Origin: Spirogloea muscicola
Lineage: Eukaryota
Length of the DNA: 46,553 nucleotides
Direction: 5' to 3'
Assembly (NCBI GenBank): GCA_009602725.1
Contig: WELB01000004.1
Location: forward strand, 245,647-292,199
Shown here in pieces: positions 36,419-46,553 of the stretch. A model generated the notes under the pieces. It saw nothing but the letters and a program-made list of their open reading frames with translations. It was not told where the DNA came from and did no database searches. Within the stretch, counting starts at the first letter, position 1; every line of letters begins with the position of its first letter. A program made the position numbers and the translations under genes.

Positions 36419-37539
36419 GCTATGAATGAGAATGCAGAGTAACGGAAGGGGTTGAGTCAGCTGGGGCGCGCCCCACGCCCCGAGGGAGCGCCCCGCCCAG
36501 CCTGCCGCGTCTTGTGCGGTCCTGGCCACTCGCCGCTTGTCTGCCACGGCAACCACAGACGCTGTTCATGCAGCACACATGCAGCACAGACAGAAAAAAC
36601 CTCGAAAATGTTCAGGGCAGTAACTGAGGCGCATGGGTGGTGAGAAGTCAGGAGACACTTACACGTTGCAGGGCTTGACCAAAATATCTAGCATAAGACA
36701 ACTGCATAAGACTCTTGGTATCTGAAGTCTCTACTTGGCCCACAGTCCTTGAGCGTGTGAAAGCTGGCGTATGTACGACACCATGACATCGTTCCAATTT
36801 GAGAAAGAAAGACCTGCACACTGCTGCTAATCTGGTATGGACCCCTTGTTGGCGGCCAGCCAGCTGCCTTTGGTGGTGGTGAACCCTGCAATTGTCAGAA
36901 GACGTATCACGCAGTAGGAAGACAGTAAAGCCGAGATAGCTGCAACAAGATGTTGGAAACGTCTCACAAAGCCCATGAAGTGGGGGGCACAATATCTGGT
37001 CCCTCCCCTATGAACGCCTGGATGTAGAGAGAATATGGAGAGGGGGTGGGGTGGGGTGGATGTTAAGAGAATACCAAAGACCTCTTCCCTCTACAACCCT
37101 TTGGCCAGTGTTTGTGAGGGGCCAGAATGCATAGTACTGATTACGAGGTATGTACGTGCCATTCTGAGGTTGCAGTGGCTGCACTTGGCCAGCCCCAAAT
37201 ATTTCTCAATTATTGGGCGAGAAGGCCAGGTAGCCTAGAGATTATCAAGGGAAGGCAGCTTGCAGTCCGTCAACTTATTCACCTAACCTTCAAGTGATCA
37301 ATGGAACATAGACTGAACCGTAGCGCCAGCATGGGGATTCCTATGAAGAGCGGAGAGCTGTGAGTGTGCACTTCATGAGAGTCGTGCAAGTGTGTCAGGC
37401 AAGAAAGCAAGGACACGAATCCAAGATTTACATATGAATATACGCACCTGTACAATCATGGTGTCCAGTAGTCTGCAATCTAACTGTAGTACAGGAGCCT
37501 GCGTGGGCTCCCTCGCGATGCTGGTCGAACATACTCATC

Positions 37540-38320
37540 TTCGCTTTCCGGCGCCTTTGGACCTGTCTAGTCCTTCTGGGCAGTCCTTTCATAGCCATCG
37601 CCCCTTTTGGAAAGAACTCTCATCTTCCGAGCAGATTTCAAATTAGTTGGTGGAGGAGGCGAAGAACGCGGTCGGCAAGGGTGCGAGCGTCAAGTAGCAA
37701 TCTTATGCGAAGTACACTCCCGGTGATAATTTCGTTGCGCACTAGATGTCACGGTACATTCTGAATTCGGTGGCCAGATGCTGCTACAGCAGCTTGCATG
37801 GCGAGCAATGAATAGACGTCAACGATTGCAAGGCGAGCAGCCCGGCTTCAAAGCTGCTGGTGCGCTAGCTTAGGTATTAGGAACGCGTCAATGTGTCTCG
37901 CTCTGAAGACACCAGGCATTTGTACTGGTGCACTTGCCGGCAGGCCATGCTGCTGCTTCTGGGTCTCGATGTGGTGACACTTTTCCGGCTGCAAGCTCCT
38001 CCGATGTTTGCTGCTGACAAGGGGTCATTGAGCATCCGTTTGAGGAGATGTTGCGTAGCTGTGCGGTTTTGGCGCTTTCGGGCCCCTTCACACCTTGTCC
38101 ACTCCATCTACGGCTGGCCTTTCACAGCCCACAGCCCCATTTCGGAAGATGATCCTTGCTCTTTCCGGCCCCGTTAGACCTACTTTGCTCTTTTTCGGGG
38201 CTGGCCAATCACAGCCATCGCCCTCCACTGGAAGAGTCTGTCTACTTTTGGGCTGGCCTCTCACAGCCTTTCTTTTCTTCACAGCCTTCGCCCCTTCTGG
38301 CAAGAGCTGCTTCTTTTTCT
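37540..38320 (+). mobile_element. RLE-domain fragment plus tandem 3' modules
   Basis: ~37645-37875 reads AVGKGASVK*QSYAKYTPGDNFVA..(LDV/HG)..QLAWRAMNRRQRLQGEQPGFKAAGALA. Modules occur at ~37578, ~38111, ~38198 and ~38250. Confidence 0.7.
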
Positions 38321-38959
38321 CTTGCGTGCCCTAGCAGCGCGGCAAGATGGGGGTGATAGCAGCTGAAGTGCAGGGTGGGGAAAGGGGTTGTCAGCTTCAC
38401 TGCGTCAGATAACGTCGAAAAGCCCACGCATACATAGCGGCCAGTGTGCAACGCGGGAGCCCCCGGGGCGAGCACGCTTCGCAGCGATAGCGCCTTCCCG
38501 CTCTGGTGTGTTGGCTTGAATCGGCCATCCTTCGATTTCATGCGCATCCGCGCCTTCTCTTGCTGGTACAGAGCTCTCTGCTACCCAACTTGCGGCTGCT
38601 AAACAGAAAGTGGCTTCCTCAAGGGGGCAAGGGCTATGATAGGGCTAAATAGGGGTACTGAGCGGCCGACCTTGGTAATTGCTTATTTTCCACAGAGCTA
38701 TCCGCTGCTTGTATCTTCTTGGCCGTCCGTTTCTGTAGCCTGGCACTTCGCTCCTCGCCCCTGTTTCTGGACGCTTGTACCCGCCCTAGCTGCAGCCTCA
38801 GGTATTGGCGGAAGCCTCCCCCTCCCAAGTCCACCCCCCCGGCCTCCCAGCAGAAATGTGTGTCGGGCTGGCCGTTTGCAGCCCTCCCTCCCTCCCTCAC
38901 TCTCTCGATCCCCCCCCTCTCCTCACCCCCCTCTTTCTCCACCTCCCACTACCCACAGT

Positions 38960-39860
38960 TTGGGATGGCTTTCACAGCCCACATCCTCTGTCACACCCTA
39001 GACATTGTGGTTGTGCAACCTGGCGGAGGTCCACGAGCCTTGGTTGATGTGGTTATGACGGAGGCGTACAGGAGTTCCGCATCGACTCACACTGCTGGCC
39101 ACGCAGTGGGAGGTGCAGAGCAGAGACAGCTCCTACACTACCCTGACTACCCCCCGCAGTGACCACCTCCTACTGGCCGCAATTGACACTTGCGGCTGCA
39201 TGGGTCCTCCCTATTATACCCTACTTGAAAATTTCAAGTCTGGGATAAGCTCGACGTGAGGATATGTTTAGATGGGCATGCCGGCTCAGATGGGCATGCC
39301 GGCAGCCTACTTGTCATTCTTGCGACGTCAAGTGTCAGCTTGTCTACAGCCAGCTCAGGCTCATGCGTTGCATCAGAAAGCTGGTCGAGCCTTAGCTGGT
39401 AGCACAAGAGCTTGTCGATTGCTGTCCAGTATTTGGGCATCAGTCAGCGACCTCTATGTGCTGACTCGTGGTTACTAAGCAAGTCAGCTTAGCAGCAAGT
39501 GATGCACTTTTGTCTATGTGCTTGCCTTCGTACTTGGCCACACAGGCCCTCCATCTCTTAATACACACTCCATTCGTTTTGGAGACCTTCTGCACATCTT
39601 TCCCAGCTGATAGCATATCCGACGTGCGGCTTCTGACTAGGGCCAATGAGGGGCCAACCGTAGTGGCCCTTCTTGTGCTTAACAATCTGCAGTGGACTTT
39701 TGCCTGTCGGAGCCTTCCCCTTGACCTTGTCCAACTCCTTCTGAGGCTCGCCTTTCACAGGCCTCGCCCCCCTTGGAAGAGCTTACTTCTTCCACAGCCA
39801 CCGCCTGCATGTCAAGAGCTTCTCTCCACCGCCATCGCCCTCTCCTGGAAGCGCTTTTCT
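38960..39860 (+). mobile_element. Longest RLE retrotransposon relic in the window (endonuclease core to 3' UTR)
   Basis: LDIVVVQPGGGPRALVDVVMTEAY..AGHAVGGAEQRQLLHYPDYPP, frameshift, LLLAAIDTCGCMG..YLSFLRRQVSACLQPAQAHALHQKAGRALAG..ASVSDLYVLTRGY* (stop 39478), then UTR and modules at ~39720-39860. The D...D...AE..K..Y spacing is typical of PD-(D/E)xK RLE domains. Confidence 0.78.
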
Positions 39861-40429
39861 CCCCTCGTGGAGACATGAAGGGCACGGCTTTGGAGGAGAG
39901 GAATTAAGAGAGCCTTCCCGGAGGACGCCTCTGCAGGCCCAAGTCGGGCACCTGCATCGCCAGTCCTGCAGAGATACGCTGCGTCAGTTTCGCCATAGAC
40001 TTACCTTTACCATGTGACGTGATACCCGCCTTGAGCGTTGAGACCAGAACATAGCAAGATGATGGCAGCGGGCGTGCCCCAGCAGTCGCAATGTGGTAAT
40101 GAATATACTAAAAGCTCGTCCTGCTGATCTGGACGTGTAACAAGCGCTCGACTGTGTGGGCACAGTGTCCATCATCCATGACCTCAAAACGCAGTGCTTG
40201 GAGCTTGTGAGCTTCTCGTGTGGGGATGCAACTGGACCTGCCCGCGTCCTCCCTTGTGTTTGTCGCTGGTCTGCCTAGGATGAGCACACATTATGTCAAA
40301 GAAAGAAGAGCTCATTCACATTATGCAAATGGTGTTGTGCAATGTAAGATACAGTGCCTCACTCTGGGCGGTGAAAGGCGATGTACAAGCACTCTCCTAC
40401 TACATGTGGGATGTCAAGTTGTCCTTGTA

Positions 40430-41048
40430 GAGGGTTCGGGTATAGGGCGTTTTGGGGGTCCACCGCGTACGAATTGCACCCATTTGCATGCCAAGCGCAG
40501 TGGAAGTCTCGCCTTGTGGCGCCTTGGCAAGGTGGCGGCTCCAACCCTGGGCACCAGCTGCAGAGTTGCCCCAATCGGGACGCTGCCACAGATTTCCCAG
40601 CTGGTGACGAGCCGCGGCAGCATCTGTGGCAGCAGCAGCAGCAGGGCTGCGCTTCTCTGACAGGGCTTCACTGACCCGCTCCCCGTCGGGTCTCCGCCAA
40701 CAGTACTGGTGTTCCTCCGTGCCACCCACCCTTTCAGGGCATTTGCGCAAGGAGCGCAAATACGCGGATCACCCAGTTGGTGATAAATTCGCGGCTCTGG
40801 CGATCGATGTACACGAAAGAAGTCCGCGCCCATAGAGAAGAAGGGTTGGCAAGGCCAGCCCAAAATCAATGGACAATGTCTGAAGCCGAAGAAAGAAGCT
40901 GAAAAAGGACTACACAACCACGGGGCTTTCGGCAGCCGTTGGCTGGATCTCCTCCAGCGGCTTGCCAGTTGGGCGATTGACCGGAGGCCGGGTCTGCCAG
41001 GGGCGCTGCCCGGCTTCAACGCCGCTGGTTCGCTCGCCCAGGTATTCC
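40430..41048 (+). mobile_element. RLE-domain relic split by an antisense 103-bp module insertion (40816-40918)
   Basis: GLRFSDR..TDPLP..TVLVFLRATHP..RKERKYADHPVGDKFAALAIDVH | insertion | HGAFGSRWLDLLQRLASWAIDRR..PGFNAAGSLAQV. Confidence 0.75.
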
Positions 41049-41049
41049 A

Positions 41050-41530
41050 TATGAAGAAGAAAGAGCTCGCCCATTGAGGATAGGGGCTGGAACAGCCAGC
41101 CCAAAAAAGACTGAGCAGAGTACAAGAAGCCCAAGAAGAAGGGGGGGCCAGGCGATCCATATGCGCGTGGCGGTCTCGTTCCAACGCTCCCCACGCCGTC
41201 CACACGCGAGCAGGCAGTGCTATGGCTGCTGCCTCTGGGTCTCGGCTCGGCGGAGTGCCCCCCACCCCCCCCCCCCCCCCCTTCTTGCACTTTGTTCATT
41301 CCTTTGTGGGCTGGCTGTTCCAGCTCATATCCTCAATGGGCGAGCCTTTCTTCTTTCCCTGCAGCGAGCTACTTTGACTGGATGTTTGCTCATTCGCGGG
41401 TACTGAGCTTCCCTCTGCATCGTCTCGTGTTTTGTAGTGTAGTCCTTTTCGGCACCCTCTTTTTTGGCTTTGGACATTGTCCATTCTTTCTGGAAGAAGA
41501 GAGGCTTTGCCAGCCCTTCTTCTCTGCGGG
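41050..41530. mobile_element. Back-to-back 3' modules and a short RLE ORF end
   Basis: Minus module at ~41062-41125, plus module at ~41290-41355, ORF end ..LLIRGY* (41406), and a UTR homologous to 12275-12380 and to the 40816-40918 insert. Confidence 0.7.
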
Positions 41531-41599
41531 TGTGTGGGAGGTTGCGCAAAGGCGCAAATAGTGAGGGGCGAGACCCTACAACGGGTATAGCAGGCTGTC

Positions 41600-43000
41600 C
41601 GAGCGGCATGGCCACTCGGACAGCGTGTCAAGGAGCTGGCTTTCGGCCGTGGGCAGGATCTGCACGTCATGCTGCTAATCGGATTGTCGACAATATAGAG
41701 GTGCTGCCCGAGACGTGCTGTATTGCCAAGAACTTCCGCGCTTCACGAAGCTGACGGCCTCGTAGCTCGGAAAATGGCAGCGAACTTATGCGCAGCTAGA
41801 TGAAGAGTCATATAGCATCACAAGGACTTCCTGGTGCTCATGATGCGTGGAACTCTGCAGTTGAAGCCTTCTCTCAATGCTTTTGAATGTAAGAACGCTG
41901 TTGACGACAAGCCACCTTCTTGCTGGAGTTGTTTGATAGTGGACTGGGAAGACTTGTTCAGCCGTGTGTGCTTGATGTGTGCGGACAGACGAAGGGCTAC
42001 TGCTGCAGCTATGACAGCAGACAGCCAGATGGCAATCGCAGGCTTCTGCTAGGCGTGGAAAAGGCAGCGCGTGTTGCAGATTTGATGATCGGGAATAGAA
42101 CCCTGCAGGCCGGCTCCTGAAGTGAAAGTACATAAGTGGAACTTAACTTCGTGCCATAGGAAAGGCAGCTTGATGCATTGTGGAATGGCCAGTCACCTCG
42201 CCAAGTGGAGGAACGGGAGTGCTTAACTTTCTTAACGATGAATGCGCAAGTGGTAATGTGGCGATAACAGCACTGAAGCTGGCGCTAAGGCTGGCACAGG
42301 AGCCGGCAAGAGATGGCTTCCCTTGTAAATGGCCCGTTGGTGGAGACCTGTGTAAGGACCCTCAGGAGTTGGTGCAATATGCTTGTGTATGCCTTGTTTC
42401 TTAAACCTGGCGGGAAGCAAGCGAGCGGAAGCTCACAGGCCTTAGTCCGTCCAATAGACACGGCTGGTGCAAGCAGAAAAGCATGCAAAGGCAGATAGGG
42501 CAAGAGAGAGTAGAGCTCCCGAAGCTGTGGTGAGAAAGTGCTCGTCCAGCAACAGTTGGTGGCTGTTGAAGCCCAGACCGAAAGGGGGGGAGCCATGAGC
42601 AAGCCTGCCGTGAGGAAGCGTCACGCCCTCAATGACTCGGGGCAGGAGCCTGATGAAGGCTCTCTGCCTCTGACGAGGCAGGGCACGCCGTTGGCAAAGG
42701 CTGTAGGTGCCAGGGAGCGCAAGCATGCGAAGCAGCCCACGTGAGGAGATCGTCACCCTAGCAGATGACGTCCACGGGATGTTTGAGACTTGGTGGCTCA
42801 CCTCCTCCCTTAGTTCCTCCTAGCCTTTGCCATACCCCAAAGACATGGGGCTAATCGACAACAAAATTCCCGGCACAAGTAAAGCGGACGCACAAATCCA
42901 CGTCTGGATGTTTGTCTCCGGATCCAGGATTGCGGTCCAGGTCTCCGACTCTGCTTCTTCACGGTTGGTCAGTACATGATGTGACATTATCGACTTGATG
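41600..43000 (+). pseudogene. Probable decayed hAT-superfamily transposase
   Basis: MMRGTLQLKPSLNAF...DWEDLFSRVC....RATAAAMT (41834-42050) resembles hAT ML.R.L.LK.....W..L...L.....AT. ETWWL....YP....KIPGTS.....MF..GSRI (~42780-42930) resembles the hAT dimerisation motif. Multiple stops are present. Confidence 0.4.
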
Positions 43001-44020
43001 TGCATGCCCTCGTGTCCCAGCGTTCGCCAATCCTCCACTGTAAAGGACATCTACAACACTGCTTGGTGTCAGACACCTTTCCAGGATAGACATTTTATAC
43101 AATACAACAACCGCTAATGCCTTGAGGAAAGATTGATTGCCAAAGTAATTGTGTGAACTGGCGACAGACAAAAGCACTGGTCAGCAATGCTTGGCTCCAC
43201 CACATAAGTAGCAGCATAAAAGGTGGTACTTTTGTAAGACTGAGGCCCTCACTAATAGGTCGCCAGCACCTAGATTGCTGCTGACAATTGGCAGGTACTA
43301 GTAAGGCTCTAGCTCTATCGATCACCCCATCTCTACGATCAAGTAAAATGTAATACGCAAATTGGAAGCATCCTCATCTCGTCGCTCATGTGCAGATGCT
43401 CTTGTTGCTGTCAGGCTGTTGCTAGAATGAGGTGATGCAGAGCACATACAGGGACCTGTGCAATCAACCCCTCATCGAGGTGCAGAGGCTGCTGCTCCCG
43501 AGGCAGAGGAAGGTCAATCAGTGCTGCAGCCCGCCCCTGGCAAGATATGTATGCATGTTTTTTCATGTATGCAAGCAAGCTCGCACATATGCAAGCAAGC
43601 TAGCAGAACATATACTCACCAGGACGACAACAGTATGTACGGTCTTGCCTAATGACTCCACGGCACAGATGTATGCCCACCTCTAGCAAGGGGGCAACAG
43701 TTATAGCTGCCGTGTACAAGGTTAATGTACAGAGTATTTTGATCGTCACTCCGCCCTTGACCACAGGGCAGAGCTGCAACTTGTGGCACACACACACATA
43801 CACTCAACCCTTTCTCTCTCTCCCTCCTTCCCCTCTTCCTCCCACTATTTCTCCTCTCTCCCCATCCCTCCTCTCTCAGCCTGTTTCAGGCTCTCTAAAT
43901 GTGCCCCTACACCAAAGAGTGAGCCTATAACTATAAACTCACGCTAGCTTTGTGCCGATAGAAATAAAAGCAAGAACCCACAAAGATAGCTGGATACAGG
44001 CCATATTGGACTGGACACCG

Positions 44021-46553
44021 CTAGCTACTTTCCTCTGAGAGCTCAGGAGCAGACGAGGGGCTGCCGGGCATGAGCGATGGGCTAAGGGGACTCCGTGAGC
44101 GCGGGCTGCCGCTTGGGCTCAGGCTCGGACTGAAGTCCTCCGATGGCAGCCGTGCCCGCCGCCGAATGTTGGTCATGGTCTTCTGCATGCTTTGCCACAC
44201 CATGTGCCGCACCACCTGCTCACAGGTACCCGCCCCAAGAGCAGCAGGAAGCAGACGCTCTCAGGCCCGCACTGACTTTGCAGATTGTCAAGAAGCAGCG
44301 GATGTGATGCGACGAATTTCGGCAGGCACTCATCTTCCTGTATGGCGATCAAACAGCTTAGCTGACCACTTGGAATTACATCCAGCAACTGTGCAAAGCT
44401 CACATCTTTGGCGGAGCGTTCGTCCTCGGAGCTCCCGCTGCCGCTGCGGCTCCCTGAGTCGGGGCTGATCTCCCTTGCTGACGTGGACCGTGACAGCATC
44501 ACCATTGGTGCAGATGTTGGCTTCTCGCCGCGCTTCTACATTCGGAACAAATAAGGTGTAAGCTCAAAGTCTGACATTTTTGACAACTAGCAGAAGCCAT
44601 TCAGGTGGCACGTTTTTCTCAAATGCCGAGCAGATGACAGAGATGAATCAGCAGGATACTGCAGGCAATGTGGGAGGCAGCTGACGCAAGCAGAGGACTG
44701 GCAGGCAGACTCTTATAACAGCAGGCTGGGACAGCACACGAGCAGGATATAAGCACAAACACTACGATCCAGCCCCTGCGAATGACAAACTACGCTTTGT
44801 CTGCCACGAACTAAGGCAGTAAGCCTTAACATGATTGCGCTTGGATGACATTCCAACTCAAGGCTAGGCTCTGAGACTGGGATACAAAACGATGCCCCTT
44901 CAGCTGCAAAAGCTCGTACCTTGCCACCCAGGCAGGCGAGTAGCTGGTAGGCCTTCTCCCGCAGCTTTGGCTCGCCCGTGAGGCTGAGTGCCAGGAGCGC
45001 GTCACCGGCACCACGCTCCACGACCGCCACACGGCACGCTTTGGAGTGCACGCACAAGGGGAGCAGTGAGGCGAGCGCCAGCTCCTTGCCGCGCAGCGAC
45101 CCGGCCTCCAGCACTTTCACGAGCGCGCGGAGTGTGTCCTCGTGCTCCGACAGCGCGCCGCGCCCTTCCTCTAGGCCCGCCAGGATGCCCAGGATGGCCA
45201 CCACCTTCTCTGCCTCAGGCGTCGCATAGCCGCCCTTGAGCACCGCAACGAGGCCTGGCACAACGCGTGCGCGCAGGATGCGGCCGCGGTTGCCGTCGTA
45301 CGCCACCAGGTTGTACAGCGCGTGCACGGCATCCTTGGTGCCCTGCAGCGAGCCGGCCGTGAGCAGCTGCCCGAGGAGCGGGATAGCCCCCGCTGCACCG
45401 ATGGCTGCCTTGGTCTCGTCGTTGTCTGCCGCCAGGCACAGCAGCACAGCCGCTGCCGCCTCGCGTATCGTCAGTGCCGCCTCTGGCCGCAGCAGGTGCA
45501 CCAGCCGCGGCACTGCGCCGCCCTCCATCACCGCCGCCTTGTTGCTGCAGCAACACAGAGATGAGCAGCAGCAGCGTCAAAGTAAGGCCTGTCATCACAG
45601 TCAGGTCGGACTGGCAACGAGCGCGCAGCCTGGCTGTGCTGGGAAACAAGAGACGCTACCAAAACTGCAGCAAGCAATGCCTTCAGCTCATGAAGTGCCT
45701 GTTACGCATGAAGTGCCTTCAGCTTAAGCTGACATATAAGTCTGAAATAAGCAGTGCCTCGAGACTGTATCTTGAGATAGCCTGGCCAGGCCGGCTCGCC
45801 GCGTTGCTCACCAAGCGTTCCTGATGCAGAGGTTGAGGATTGCGAGGCCCGACGCCTCCTGCGCCCTCGGCTCGTCGGCGTCCAGAAGCCCCAGGAGCAG
45901 CGGCAGCGCCCCGGCCTTGGCGATGAGCGTGCGCGCCTCGGCGCTGCTCCGCGCCAGCGCCCGCACCTGGCCCGCCGCAGCCCGCCTGGCGTCCATGTCG
46001 CCGAACTGCAGCTGCGCGATGAGCTGCTGCAGGTCCTTGTCGTGCAGCTGGTGCTGCATCGGGCCCAGCCGCGAAGCGCCTGCATTATCACGCCAAATTG
46101 CACCGCGTCAACTCAGTTACGATTCTGGCGCAGCGTGCTATCACAGCAATCATGGGCACCAACACATACTTTGTCACGACCCAAACAGGTCGTCCTCGTC
46201 TCCAGCTACTCTGCCAACACCAATCTGACCAATCGCCATTCGCTTCGGCTCGATTGTGCTGGCAGCTGCTATTGGAGCGGCTCCAGCAAGAAACCGCCAA
46301 TTGACCACTTGCGGTCGCGGAGCAGCAGCAGGCGAGCAACCGATCGAGAACGGCTACAAAGCTGCAGCAAGAGCAGTGGCGAGGACGACATCTTGGCCCT
46401 GCCGCCATTGGCGAGCTCGGAGCTCTGCCTGCCACGGCTCACCTGCGGCAGCAGCCTGGCGGCCCGGCAACGGGTTCTGCGGCGGCGCAGCCGCGAGGGG
46501 GAAGTCGTCGCCGGGCGGGGCGCTGCCGCCGCCGCCGTCGCCGCGGGCCGGGG
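44021..46553 (-). CDS. ARM-repeat protein (plant PUB-related ARM family; no U-box visible in the window), 5' end beyond the window
   Basis: Exons >46553-46443, 46079-45812, 45544-44920, 44535-44404 and 44215-44021 join in phase. They give RAAAGQVRALARSSAEARTLIAKAGALPLLLGLL, LNLCIRNACNKAAVMEGGAVPRLVHLL, TKAAIGAAGAIPLLGQLL and DAVHALYNL. The C-terminal VVRHMVWQSMQKTMTNIRRRARLP resembles the V..LV.QSL..NM..I..RA.LP motif of a land-plant ARM subfamily. Confidence 0.88.

Overview
Eukaryotic, GC-rich, intron-containing DNA from the green-plant lineage. A streptophyte alga is plausible, but that is an inference from gene content and composition. Seven host genes are supportable: a WVD2/WDL-type TPX2-domain microtubule protein (+, 5' end outside the window), the telomere CST subunit CTC1 (-), three DREB-type single-AP2-domain transcription factors with atypical DNA-binding domains, a LENG1-like protein (5' end lost in an assembly gap), and an ARM-repeat protein (-, 5' end outside the window). 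Intergenic DNA is dominated by one family of decayed non-LTR retrotransposons with a restriction-like endonuclease (RLE, CRE-like). Their ORF ends in ...SDL(R/Y)xLTRGY* and their 3' UTR carries a conserved GGGCTGGC..CAGCCC..GAGC module, about 30 copies by eye. The module can fold as a pseudoknot, also occurs as a stand-alone insert, and repeatedly sits directly against the 5'-truncated end of the next copy. Also present: a ~610-bp foldback palindrome in an intron, probable hAT relics, a possible solo LTR, ABRE/G-box clusters upstream of two AP2 genes, and GATC-rich GC islands. All family assignments are from motif recognition without database searches, and repeat boundaries are approximate.
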